The notes: generated from the sequence alone by a model not told the origin. 64,000 nucleotides of DNA from Candidatus Freyarchaeum deiterrae (GCA_037305845.1 CP147778.1:1632001-1696000), one strand, 5' to 3'; positions 49,348-59,248 are shown, counted from the first letter of the stretch. Program-made: numbers and translations.

Positions 49348-50531
49348 ACTCCTCCTAACAGATTTAGTATCTCTTGTTCCAAGATTGAAGTAGGAATATC
49401 TGGTAAACTTATGAGAGTTGTTTTGCCTTTCATCCCGGTTCCAGAAATCTTCGTGGTAATAATACCTTGCTTTTCCAATTCCTTAAGGTGCTCCCAGAAC
49501 TGGGTGTGCCTTCTAGGCTCAATATTGTATTCCTCGCACACTACTCTGTATATCTTCTCCGTTTCACTCGTAGTTACGTATGCTTTTTCTATAGTAAGCG
49601 CCCTTGAAATTGCTAATAATAGTGCTTTATGTTGAAATGGTAGATCTCGTAGTACATCCTTTCGAACAACTGGATAAATCTCTGATTTGACTTCTCTTAT
49701 ATGCTCAGGCGAGATAAGTGTCTTGTTTTGCGCGTCAGCGATTTTTCCAGCACGCCATAAAATCTCTAAGGCGTATCTAGCATCTCCTTGTCTTGCTGCT
49801 ATGTCTGCAATAAATTTTATTTCTTCATCGGTTATAGCGTCAGTCTGAAACGCTTCCTTAACTCGCTCGCTTAGGATGGTTTCAAGTTGGACAGCGGAAT
49901 ATTCTTTTAAACGAATGATATTCTGTTGTAAGCTACTAATGATACTTGAATCCAATCCTCTAAAAAGAGCTTCACTTCTCATTATTCCTATAAGTGAGAG
50001 ACGTTGAACTGCATTTAGTTGCTCTTCAAAAAGTCTTATAAGTGAGTATAAGAGCTCTTCACCTTCTCTTTTTAATAAAAAGTCTAACTCATCAAGGGTG
50101 AGAATTATATGCATATCTTTTTCAACCAAAATTTCCTTCATAATCTGAAGCAGTTCTTCTGTGGAAAATCCTCGTCTGGGTATACGAGGGTGTAGTGTTT
50201 TAACCAATCTGTTAAGAATGATAAAACTAGTTCTTTCTCGTCTACAATTTATGTGAATATAGTGGAGATTAATCCCTCTTTTATTTGCTATAGTCACAAT
50301 TTGGTTCCCAAAACTTTTGGCTAGTGCCGTTTTTCCCGTACCTATGTTTCCAGTAATGATAACTCTTTGACTATTTCCTAGTTTTTCCAAGGTCACCCTG
50401 AAAATACTAGCTAGTTGTTTTAACTCGCTTTCCCTGTGTGGAAGGTGTTCTGGAACATAATCAATGGACAGTTTAGACTCGTCCTTAAATATTGAGGGAC
50501 GAGTTAATTCATCTTCTACTATATTAGGCAT
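49344..50531 (-). CDS. cdc6: Orc1/Cdc6 paralogue
   Basis: YVPEHLPHRE, GNIGTGKT, LDELD, GDARYALE. Confidence 0.94.
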   Translation of the reverse strand: MPNIVEDELTRPSIFKDESKLSIDYVPEHLPHRESELKQLASIFRVTLEKLGNSQRVIITGNIGTGKTALAKSFGNQIVTIANKRGINLHYIHINCRRERTSFIILNRLVKTLHPRIPRRGFSTEELLQIMKEILVEKDMHIILTLDELDFLLKREGEELLYSLIRLFEEQLNAVQRLSLIGIMRSEALFRGLDSSIISSLQQNIIRLKEYSAVQLETILSERVKEAFQTDAITDEEIKFIADIAARQGDARYALEILWRAGKIADAQNKTLISPEHIREVKSEIYPVVRKDVLRDLPFQHKALLLAISRALTIEKAYVTTSETEKIYRVVCEEYNIEPRRHTQFWEHLKELEKQGIITTKISGTGMKGKTTLISLPDIPTSILEQEILNLLGGV

Positions 50532-50660
50532 TGCCTGCCCTTCCCTTGCAAAGTAAACTTTTTATTTCATATAATTATAAAAATACTCTTAACAGTATAA
50601 AATATCATGTGTATGTGTCATTTCCAATATTTCCGCTGACCTTACCACTACTAACTAAAA

Positions 50661-51890
50661 ATGATTAACCAAAAAGAAACTCATTTTTGTGAAAAATCTT
50701 TATTTTTCATATCGCCGTTACAATTAAGTATGATTAAATCATCAGTGTTTAAAGATGAAAGTACATTTTTCCCAGAGTATGTGCCTCCCACTCTCCCCCA
50801 TAGAGAGAAACAACTGGATCAGCTAATGCGTATTTACCGCCCGTTGCTCTCAGATAAACTGGTAAGCGTGAATAGTGCCTTGGTGGGGCAAGCAGGCCTC
50901 GGAAAGACTGCTACTTCGAAATTGTTTGGTCAAAAAATACAGGAAGTGTCAAAACAGTTTAACTCGAAAATACTCTTCGAATATATGTATTGCAGTACTG
51001 TGCGTACTTTGCCCGCTGTTTTAAGACAGATAATTATGAAAAATTGGAAGAAAGTACCTATTATGGGCGTTACTGGGAACGAATTAATCATTGAATTAAA
51101 CGATAGACTCAAGAGAGAAAATACACGGCTCATAATCGCGTTAGATGAAGCTAAACTTCTGGGCGGGGAAGCAATACACGGTTTAATTCGTAGTGCAGAG
51201 TACTTTGGATACGGAAACGCGTGGGTGAGCACCATGATTATAAGTAGACCCGAGGATTGGGCAGCCTACCTATATCCTCATTTAATAGAGGATGTTCACT
51301 CTGTAACAGAATTTTTGCGATACACAGAATCGGAATTGCAGGAGATACTTATGTATCGGGCGTCTCTGGGTTTCTATGAAGGCGTGCTTTCTCCAGAAAA
51401 TTGTAATATGGTTGCAAAGATAGCGAGTGAAACAGGAAATGCACGGCATGGAATAGAAATACTACGTCATGCATGCTATTTAGCCGAAAAAAACGAGGAA
51501 AAAAGAATAACCCCCGAAATGATAAGAATTGCAAAAAACGAGGTTTACCCAGAAACAGCCCCCGAAATACTTCGTGGTTTACATAGACATGAACTAATTG
51601 CTGCACTATCCACTGCCACCACCTTAAAACAAGAGGTTGCAGTACCAATGCATAAGGCTTACGAACAGTACTGTATTGTTTGTGAAGAATATCAAGTTAG
51701 TCCGCGATCCACAAGAAATTTCAGAAACTACATTAGAGTTCTAGCTGAAATAGGATTAATTAACGCAGTGGTGAAAAATCTTAAACGCGGTAGACGGACA
51801 GTTATAACCCTAACAGATATTCCTGCATCTATTCTAGAAGAAAGAGCCAGAAAACTATTAGAACAAAAAAGTAAAAACGACTTTGATTAA
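50661..51890 (+). CDS. cdc6: Orc1/Cdc6 paralogue (divergent)
   Basis: YVPPTLPHRE, GQAGLGKT, LDEA, GNARHGIE; start probably ATG 50730. Confidence 0.9.
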   Translation: MINQKETHFCEKSLFFISPLQLSMIKSSVFKDESTFFPEYVPPTLPHREKQLDQLMRIYRPLLSDKLVSVNSALVGQAGLGKTATSKLFGQKIQEVSKQFNSKILFEYMYCSTVRTLPAVLRQIIMKNWKKVPIMGVTGNELIIELNDRLKRENTRLIIALDEAKLLGGEAIHGLIRSAEYFGYGNAWVSTMIISRPEDWAAYLYPHLIEDVHSVTEFLRYTESELQEILMYRASLGFYEGVLSPENCNMVAKIASETGNARHGIEILRHACYLAEKNEEKRITPEMIRIAKNEVYPETAPEILRGLHRHELIAALSTATTLKQEVAVPMHKAYEQYCIVCEEYQVSPRSTRNFRNYIRVLAEIGLINAVVKNLKRGRRTVITLTDIPASILEERARKLLEQKSKNDFD

Positions 51891-52090
51891 AAAATAAATT
51901 ATAAACAACCTTCATAACTACATACTACATCTATTAAAATTCTCAACAAATGTTAAAATTATTTCAAATATCAAATCAACTTTTAACAATTACAAAATGA
52001 TTTAAAGAATATTATTGGGGTAATTTTCGCCTTAAGGTTCTTCTTGAGTGTACAGAAATTCTTAATCACACAATTATTGAGGGGATAAAC

Positions 52091-53173
52091 TTGAAAGTGA
52101 ATAGGGGCAAGCTTGACAAAGGAGAAGTCACATTAACACCCGAATCGCTTACAGATCTTTGGCATTTATACAACATTATATTAAAAGGAGACAACGTTTA
52201 TGCTAGAACATATAGACGCATACGAAGCCCTGATGAATCTTTGAGAGCCGATAAAGGAGAAAAAATCCCAGTATACTTAGGTATTACTGTAGAGGATACC
52301 TCGCTCCATAAGTATTCTAACAGATTAAGAGTAAAAGGAATTATAACCAGCGCTCCAGAGACTGTTCCCCGAGGTTCGCATCATACAATAAATGTTGAGA
52401 TAGGAACTCCCATTAAAATTGTAAAAGATAAATGGCCAAAATATATTCTTACACGTATAGAAGAATCTGAAAAAACGAAGGACGAATCAAAATTAGCCAT
52501 AGTATCGATAGAAGATGGAGAAGCAAGTATAGCAATAGTTGATAGATATAGTGTAGACATTATAAATAATATTAACCTGAACATACCAGGAAAAAGGTTT
52601 GTAAATCAACACGATGAAGCAATTAAAGCCTTTTTTAGTGAATTATCCAAGGCTCTTATACAGATACAAATGGATAAGGATGTACGCAAAATAATAATAG
52701 CGGGCCCCGGCTTCACTAAAGAGAATTTTCTAAAATATTTGACTAACAAATCTCCGGACCTGAAAAATAAGTTAATTTTAGAAAATGTAAGCTACGGGGG
52801 AGCAAATGGAATTTACGAAGTGATCAACCGAGGAGTAATAGAAAAAATTTTAGAAGAAAACAAGGTAATTGAGGATACACGCCTAGTAGAAGAATTTTTC
52901 ACACATCTGGCTAAGGAGGACAAAAAAGTCACATATGGACTTGACAATGTTAAGAAAGCTATTCTATACGGAGCTGTAGACAAGTTACTGATAACAGATG
53001 AAAAATTAAAAAACACTGATTTTGAGGAAAGAACAAAAAATGATGAAATTTTGCGTCAAGCCGAAGAGATGGGCGGGAAAATCCATATAATAAGCACACT
53101 CCATAGAGCTGGAGAACGCCTTCAAGCATTTGGGGGGATGGTTGCGTTTTTAAGATTCCCCATTTCTGAATAA
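52091..53173 (+). CDS. pelA: Ribosome rescue factor Pelota
   Basis: DLWHLYNII, RLRVKG, GSHHT, AGPGFTK, FGGMVAFLRF. Confidence 0.95.
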   Translation: MKVNRGKLDKGEVTLTPESLTDLWHLYNIILKGDNVYARTYRRIRSPDESLRADKGEKIPVYLGITVEDTSLHKYSNRLRVKGIITSAPETVPRGSHHTINVEIGTPIKIVKDKWPKYILTRIEESEKTKDESKLAIVSIEDGEASIAIVDRYSVDIINNINLNIPGKRFVNQHDEAIKAFFSELSKALIQIQMDKDVRKIIIAGPGFTKENFLKYLTNKSPDLKNKLILENVSYGGANGIYEVINRGVIEKILEENKVIEDTRLVEEFFTHLAKEDKKVTYGLDNVKKAILYGAVDKLLITDEKLKNTDFEERTKNDEILRQAEEMGGKIHIISTLHRAGERLQAFGGMVAFLRFPISE

Positions 53174-53234
53174 TTTTTATGAAAAGTAATCTAAAAATGT
53201 GGAAAGCTGTGCATAAATCATCTAATAGAACAAG

Positions 53235-54323
53235 TTAAAAGGGTGTATAAGCGGTTTCCAATCGGGGGGGGTCCGTTGGATACTCTTCTAAAATGCCCAC
53301 CCTAAATCCTTTCTTTTTAGCTTCTTCTGCAATTCTTTTGGCTATTTCTATTGATGTTTCAATTCTAGATTTTCTAGGGTTAAAGTAAATTAACTTGTCA
53401 GGAGTCTTGTATTTTTTAAGAATCGAATACAGTAAATTTATGTCTTCATCTGATTTGTCAAAGATGATTACTCCCTTTAAAAGAAGTCCTTCTCTAGTAA
53501 TCTTTTCATAAGGTTTGGCAACGTTTTTCGCCCGCCTCAATAATCTGTTCTTAAGCTGCACTCCACCTTTTAATTTCGATGGGCAGTAATGGATGTTTAA
53601 ATCCGTGTTACTCTCCGCCCATTTGAGTAACTCCATTGCAACATTTTCGCTTCCTTCCGCAGCTGCAATACTATTATTTTCTAGTTTGAAACCTCTTTCT
53701 TTCAATTGGAAAGCATTTGTTTCCGCAAATTCAAGCTCATTAATATTCAAAAAGTCGACTCTATATTTTTCAAGTGATTTAATTAGCTTCTTCATGGGCT
53801 CTGTTCCCCCCGGTATCGCTGGTATTTCAACCCCAACGTTTAAGGAACTGTCTACTGAAGCTAAAACCTCACTTGCTTTTTCACTTGAAATATGGAAGCG
53901 CATCTCATCGAGCCCAGCATCAGCCAATCTTTTGATATCATGTTTGTTAATTCGTTTCATTGCCGTGTAAAGATGTATGTGATGAGCTTCTCCAAAGTAA
54001 TCTTTTAAGAGCTGAACGTAGTGAATGGAGCGATTCAATACTAAAAGTGGTTCCCCCCCAGTTATTCCAGTTCCATCCGCACTACTAAGTATCGCTTCAT
54101 TAATTATATCCTCATCATCATGAACTAAACGCTCATTAGCATAAATAACGTCTCTTCCCTTTCGTTCGTACGAAATTGGGCAGTACCATGAACAAGTTAC
54201 CGGATTTTCGCATAAACCAGTCACAAACAAAACCAGTTTACCTCCCCTCATACACAACTGGCAACCCTGAGAAAGCCCCCCGATAAAAATTGACCCGCCT
54301 ATAGTTTTGGTAAGTTTACGCAA
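53235..54323 (-). CDS. Radical SAM protein
   Basis: GCQLC..GGKLVLFVTGLC, ITGGEPL, GLDEMRFH, NINELE. Confidence 0.88.
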   Translation of the reverse strand: MRKLTKTIGGSIFIGGLSQGCQLCMRGGKLVLFVTGLCENPVTCSWYCPISYERKGRDVIYANERLVHDDEDIINEAILSSADGTGITGGEPLLVLNRSIHYVQLLKDYFGEAHHIHLYTAMKRINKHDIKRLADAGLDEMRFHISSEKASEVLASVDSSLNVGVEIPAIPGGTEPMKKLIKSLEKYRVDFLNINELEFAETNAFQLKERGFKLENNSIAAAEGSENVAMELLKWAESNTDLNIHYCPSKLKGGVQLKNRLLRRAKNVAKPYEKITREGLLLKGVIIFDKSDEDINLLYSILKKYKTPDKLIYFNPRKSRIETSIEIAKRIAEEAKKKGFRVGILEEYPTDPPRLETAYTPF

Positions 54324-54333
54324 AACATCACCT

Positions 54334-55071
54334 TCACTTAGCCCTCATACGGTTACGCACAACAGAATCCTTATCCGAGATTCTTTTTAATACTTGTTCA
54401 AAGTTCTCATCTCTATCCAGAACTTTTTTAAGATAAACTCCTGTCCGCCCAACTTTATCACGCTTCATTAGCACCCTCACCCTCTGATTAACTATATCCA
54501 AACTAACACCCAAAATTTTGGCTGCGAGCGCTTCTCTTCCTACTACCGGGCTTTCTAAATGGCCTTTTTCAGTAGGTTCTATCAACATCAATCTTTTATC
54601 AACCCCAGGGACTCTTTTTTCTTGTTTCAAACCTTCTAAATATAATGCCCCACCAAAAAAATAAAATTCGTTTTCCAAGCGTCTGAGGTTTACCAACGGG
54701 AAGGATAAACTCACTTTATCTTCGAGATATATGTACGCCTTGGGAGCATATTGAGGAGTTGCTTGAACAATTTCTCTAGAAAAAAAATCCGTTTTAATTT
54801 TTTGAAGGGCACGTTCGACCATAAAGGATGAAACTACATAAGGTATGAAAATGTCTATATCGCTGCTTTCTTTTACATCTCCTCTAGCTAGACTACCATG
54901 GGTAATTGTTGAAATACTATATTCAGATAGATCTTCCATAATGTTAATTGCCTTCTCTCTTAACCTTTTCAAAAGTTTCCATCTTTTAGTATTATATAAT
55001 ATTTCGATTTTATCTCCGACAATTATTGGCTTTTCTACCATCGGAAACCACCTAAATTTAAACTTTAACAC
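54334..55071 (-). CDS. Nucleotidyltransferase domain protein
   Basis: HGSLARGDV..SDIDI, RVPGVDKRL, GRTGVY. Confidence 0.88.
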   Translation of the reverse strand: MLKFKFRWFPMVEKPIIVGDKIEILYNTKRWKLLKRLREKAINIMEDLSEYSISTITHGSLARGDVKESSDIDIFIPYVVSSFMVERALQKIKTDFFSREIVQATPQYAPKAYIYLEDKVSLSFPLVNLRRLENEFYFFGGALYLEGLKQEKRVPGVDKRLMLIEPTEKGHLESPVVGREALAAKILGVSLDIVNQRVRVLMKRDKVGRTGVYLKKVLDRDENFEQVLKRISDKDSVVRNRMRAK

Positions 55072-55417
55072 AATCTTCTAATACGTTTAAAACAAGGCTT
55101 ATGCTCCCTTACTAGCGAGGTTTTAACTTAATCCCATCTAAATACACACTTAAATCCCTAATACTTTTATAGATATTTACTTCAGGTGCCCCCAAAGATG
55201 AATTTAGAAAGACTATTTTTTAAAAAATTTTTTAAATAGTCAAATTTAACATTTAAAATCCTTTGTAAAAAAACTGGGTTCTTTTTCAGAGGATAATTTT
55301 TTAAGCAGTACTTAATCTGTTATTCTAAAATATTCTGAAAGTTGTTAAACGTTTAAACACTAAATTGAAATTCCACTAATTATAAACTTTGATTCTAAAA
55401 GAATGAAGGGGTAATCT

Positions 55418-56617
55418 TTGGCCGACACTTATTTTATTCTTGCGGCGGTTTTTATTTTTTGGATTATTTTATTTATTATAGCTAGGTATTTGCATCTAGA
55501 AAAATATGGTTTGGACGCATTCCCCGGCGTTTTAATGTATAGAACCAAGAGATTTAATAACATTATTTCGAGAATTGCCAAAAAATCCCCAAAAACCTGG
55601 AAAGCCATTGGGACTTTAGGGGTGGCATTAAGTTATGCTGCGCTCGGCTACGGTATTATTCTCTTTCTATCAAATTTAATTAACGCTTTTGTTCAACCAC
55701 AATTATCAGGTCCATTGGTACCAATAATCCCTGGAATTACCATAACTGGCATCTCAATAATCTACGTATTAATAGCTATTGCTATAACACTAATAACTCA
55801 CGAACTAGCACACGGAATAGCTGCCATTGCGGAAGGACTTCCCATAAAGTCAGCAGGCCTATTGCTTCTCATCATTATACCTGGTGGCTTCGTAGAATTA
55901 GATGAAAAAGCGATGAAAAAATCCTCTTCACGTTCTCGATTTAGAATATTTAGTGCCGGATCAGCAACTAATATTGCAACCGCCCTATTAGCGTTCTTGA
56001 TTGTCACCAACTTTGCGTTTGCTATATCCCCTTGGTACGGGCCTTCAATTGGTGCTTATGTTTATAATGTTGCTCCCTACTCTCCTGCAAACTTTAACAT
56101 CCCACCCTCTACAGTAATATATGCAGTAAATGGCACCCCAATAATTTCGGACTCCGGCCTCAGCTTATATCTCGCAAATGTTAAACCCTTTGAAACAATA
56201 GTATTAGACACCAGCATAGGTAGAATTACCCTAAATACAACCATCAACCTCCAAAATCCAACTCGTGGATATATTGGAATTTACACCCACCCATTTTATT
56301 TGCCATACCCTTCAGTATGGGGGCTAGGAATAAGCTTTCAAAACTACCTCTATTTCACATTATTTTGGATTTTTATTGTTACATTTAGCGTAGCCATGTT
56401 CAACATGCTTCCCATCTACGCCTTTGACGGAGATAAGCTGTTTGAAGAAGTGATAAGAAACATAGTGCCAAAAGAGAATAAACTAAAAATTGGGAAAAAA
56501 TCCTATTCGAAAAGAAAAATTTTAATTAATGTTGCACGTATAGTTGCAATCTCCCTGATTGTAGCTAATTTTATTTTCCCTCTGCTAGCTGTAGGCTATA
56601 CCCCCTTCCCCTTCTAG
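55418..56617 (+). CDS. Site-2 protease (M50) with PDZ-like insert
   Basis: THELAHG, GGFVE, AGS, NMLPIYAFDG. Confidence 0.92.
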   Translation: MADTYFILAAVFIFWIILFIIARYLHLEKYGLDAFPGVLMYRTKRFNNIISRIAKKSPKTWKAIGTLGVALSYAALGYGIILFLSNLINAFVQPQLSGPLVPIIPGITITGISIIYVLIAIAITLITHELAHGIAAIAEGLPIKSAGLLLLIIIPGGFVELDEKAMKKSSSRSRFRIFSAGSATNIATALLAFLIVTNFAFAISPWYGPSIGAYVYNVAPYSPANFNIPPSTVIYAVNGTPIISDSGLSLYLANVKPFETIVLDTSIGRITLNTTINLQNPTRGYIGIYTHPFYLPYPSVWGLGISFQNYLYFTLFWIFIVTFSVAMFNMLPIYAFDGDKLFEEVIRNIVPKENKLKIGKKSYSKRKILINVARIVAISLIVANFIFPLLAVGYTPFPF

Positions 56618-56649
56618 TTTACCCTCTTAAAATAGGAGGATAATATTTA

Positions 56650-57576
56650 TTGAACTCGTGCAAAAAATGCTCAAAAAACGCAGTGGTTTTCTTGCCCTAC
56701 TCAGGAGAAAAACTATGCCGTAAATGTTTTCTAAACTCTATTGAAAAAAGAGTTCAAAAAGAAATATCTCAATCTAAACTACTAAAAAGATCAGATAGTA
56801 TCGGAATTGCTTTATCCGGCGGAAAGGATAGCGTAACACTTTTACACATTTTGCATAAAATTGAAAGCGTTTTCCCTGAAAGCAAATTATCTATAATTCA
56901 TATCGATGAGGGCATATCTCAATACAGTGAAAAAAATCTAAAAGCAGTCAAGGAGAATGCCTCTGAATTAGATATACCCCTCATCAACGCTTCTTACAGA
57001 AAAATATACGGTAAAACACTCGACGAAATTATTAAACATGCTGAAAAAAGTGAGAATAAACGATTAGGCGCCTGTTCCTACTGTGGAGTGCTTAGACGAA
57101 AAGCTCTGAACAAAACCGCTTACGAAGCTAACGTAGATTGTATCGCTACCGCTCATAATCTAGATGACGAAACCCAAACAATAATCCTAAATCTTCTTAG
57201 AGGTGACCTAAACCGGCTTGTAAGAAACAATCCAACACCCAGAAAAATACACCCAAAACTAGTTCCACGTATAAAGCCTCTAAGGACGGTTCCAGAAAAA
57301 GAAACCACCCTATACGCATTCTACAAAAACTTGAAACACAATTCAAAACCATGCCCCTACGCAACCGAAGCATACCGAGATGATATACGCGTCTTCCTTA
57401 ACCAAATAGAAAGAAAAAGACCCGGCACAAAATACAGCATATTACGCCTTTATGACAAACTAAGCCCTCAAATCACAATTGACAAAAATTCAATTCAGGA
57501 ATGCGCAGTCTGCGGGGAGCCTTCCGTAGAAAAAACATGCAAATCATGCCAACTATTAGAAAAAATATCACCATAA
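56650..57576 (+). CDS. tRNA 2-thiolation protein (TtuA/NcsA/Ctu1, TIGR00269-like)
   Basis: N- and C-terminal CxxC fingers, SGGKDS PP-loop, CSYCGVLRR, TAHNLDDE. Confidence 0.9.
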   Translation: MNSCKKCSKNAVVFLPYSGEKLCRKCFLNSIEKRVQKEISQSKLLKRSDSIGIALSGGKDSVTLLHILHKIESVFPESKLSIIHIDEGISQYSEKNLKAVKENASELDIPLINASYRKIYGKTLDEIIKHAEKSENKRLGACSYCGVLRRKALNKTAYEANVDCIATAHNLDDETQTIILNLLRGDLNRLVRNNPTPRKIHPKLVPRIKPLRTVPEKETTLYAFYKNLKHNSKPCPYATEAYRDDIRVFLNQIERKRPGTKYSILRLYDKLSPQITIDKNSIQECAVCGEPSVEKTCKSCQLLEKISP

Positions 57577-57627
57577 AACCAGTAGTCTCAAAAAATATTT
57601 TTTTAATCACACGGATAATTTATTATA

Positions 57628-57995
57628 GGTGGCGAGTCCTGAAGCTCGACATCCCGCACTACCAGCGTATCTGACACCTATTCTCCAATCCGGGATTCTG
57701 GAAGCACCGAGCGTTCAGAGTTAGGTTGCTCCATCAGGGCGCCGACCTAAATTATGCCAGCGTTCTCCCGGGCCTAACCGGTTTCCCTAATGAAGGATAA
57801 ACATACTTTCCCTACGAAAAGCTGTTACCCACCGTCGATCCTCCAGTGCGGATTTTCACTGCCTCGGAGACAGACCGTTTTGGCAGATTGGATATGCCTC
57901 ACATCAGCTTTCGGCCCGCCATATAGAGGATTTGCGGTCGAGAGGAGAACCTCTCTCAGGCAACCCCTATTTGCCCGCCTAGACAAGCCACCACC
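57628..57995 (-). ncRNA. ffs: Signal recognition particle (7S) RNA with an intron in helix 8
   Basis: End-pairing helix 1, Alu domain (ATAGGGG / CCTCTAT loop complementarity), long helix 5, helix 6 GCTTTTC-GTAG-GGAAAGT, helix 8 AGG-CCC-GGGA-G[intron]GG-AGCA; TTTATAT about 25 nt upstream. Confidence 0.9.
57733..57764 (-). other. Putative 32-nt BHB intron in SRP RNA
   Basis: CGGG-AG^A-aCGCTGGC/GTCGGCGc-CCTG-AT^G; removal restores CCC-GGGA-GGG. Confidence 0.85.
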
Positions 57996-58129
57996 TAATT
58001 GAAGTCCCTCACAAAAATATAAACATTTCTTTTCCATATTTTAATCAACCATTAAGCAGTTTAAATAAAAAAATAACAAAATATTACTCTTTAAAAATCA
58101 TAATCAGAATATAGCTTCAAAGAGAGAAA

Positions 58130-58305
58130 TGGCGCAGAGAGCGGGGATTTCCTGACCAAAAAATTTTTTTGACCACTTCGAACCCGCGTTCCCCTCACGG
58201 GGAACTGGCTTAGCAGGCGTGCACCCGAAGAACAGTTGCTCCTCTAGTCAGCGCCGTACCGTTCCCATTCCACACAAAGCTAGGTGAAATCTTGGCTATC
58301 TCTGC
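58130..58305 (-). tRNA. tRNA-Ser(GCT) with three non-canonical introns (15/16, 29/30, 59/60), CCA encoded
   Basis: GCAGAGA/TCTCTGC+G+CCA; CTGGC-CT GCT AA-GCCAG; variable arm TTCCCC-GTGA-GGGGAA; introns 58262-58290, 58219-58248, 58147-58176. Confidence 0.9.
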
Positions 58306-58498
58306 GCCTTTTTTTAGATGGTTATTCATAGTTCTGTACTTGTTTTTAACTTTTTTTGGTGCTTATTATTTTTGGATGGTATACCGAGTCTAGTGGATAG
58401 AAAAAGTTAAGTGTTGTATTAGATTACCATATTTTGCGAAGTATTGGTGTTGATGAGTTTATTATATTGCGGCATGTTAATCGACTGGAGGCCCGGAC

Positions 58499-59143
58499 TT
58501 GTCTAATGAATTACTTCCCGGTATACATCCTACGCGAATGGAACTTCTAATTCTCAAGAAAAGAAAGAATCTTGCCGAAAAGGGACATGACTTATTGAAG
58601 GAAAAGAGAGACGCTCTGATAATGGAGTTTTTTGATATTCTGGAAGATATCCGAAAATTGAGGACCGATGTTAATAATGCGCTTAAAGAAGCCTATGATG
58701 CATTAGCTACTGCTAAAATGGTAATGGGGCCTCTTAAGGTGGAAGAAGTCGCCACAAGCGTCCCTCCTATACTAGAGTTGGACGTAAGTACTAGAAATGT
58801 TATGGGTGTTCGCGTTCCCCTCTTAAGGGTGGAAGAAAAATCCGAGTCTACCTCAATTTCTTCTTATGGGTTTACAGATACTTCTGCAAAACTGGATGAA
58901 GCGGTTGAAAAATTCAGAAATGCTTTAAAAGCAATAATCCGGTTGGCAGAAACTGAAGCTGCGGTTAAACGGTTAGCCGAAGAAATTGAAAAAACTAAAA
59001 GACGTGTTAACGCCTTAAAGTACATCATTATCCCTCGCATAACAAACACCATTCAATTCATTGAATTGCACTTAGAGGAGAGGGAACGAGAAGACTTGTT
59101 CCGAATGAAAAGAATAAAATCAATTTTGGCCGCAAAAGCCTAG
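58499..59143 (+). CDS. atpD: A/V-type ATP synthase subunit D
   Basis: PTRMEL, GHDLLKEKRDAL, NVMGVRVP, KTKRRVNAL. Confidence 0.95.
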   Translation: MSNELLPGIHPTRMELLILKKRKNLAEKGHDLLKEKRDALIMEFFDILEDIRKLRTDVNNALKEAYDALATAKMVMGPLKVEEVATSVPPILELDVSTRNVMGVRVPLLRVEEKSESTSISSYGFTDTSAKLDEAVEKFRNALKAIIRLAETEAAVKRLAEEIEKTKRRVNALKYIIIPRITNTIQFIELHLEEREREDLFRMKRIKSILAAKA

Positions 59144-59248
59144 AAGCTGCCCCATTAATGCTTCATGAAACAATTTTGAGAATTGATGACCTTGAGCGGC
59201 AATCAATTTTTTTTAAAAGTTTTTAGAAAAGTAATGAAGATAAAAAAA

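Noticed and set aside
57628-57645. Terminal BHB circularising the SRP RNA
   Set aside because: End pairing is explained by ordinary helix 1 and the bulge geometry is not a clean 3-4-3.
57628-57995. RNase P RNA, or the short ORFs 57790-58002 and 57825-58037
   Set aside because: No RNase P GAGGAAAGUCC-type P4 motif; helix 6, helix 8 and Alu features identify SRP RNA; the ORFs are shadows.
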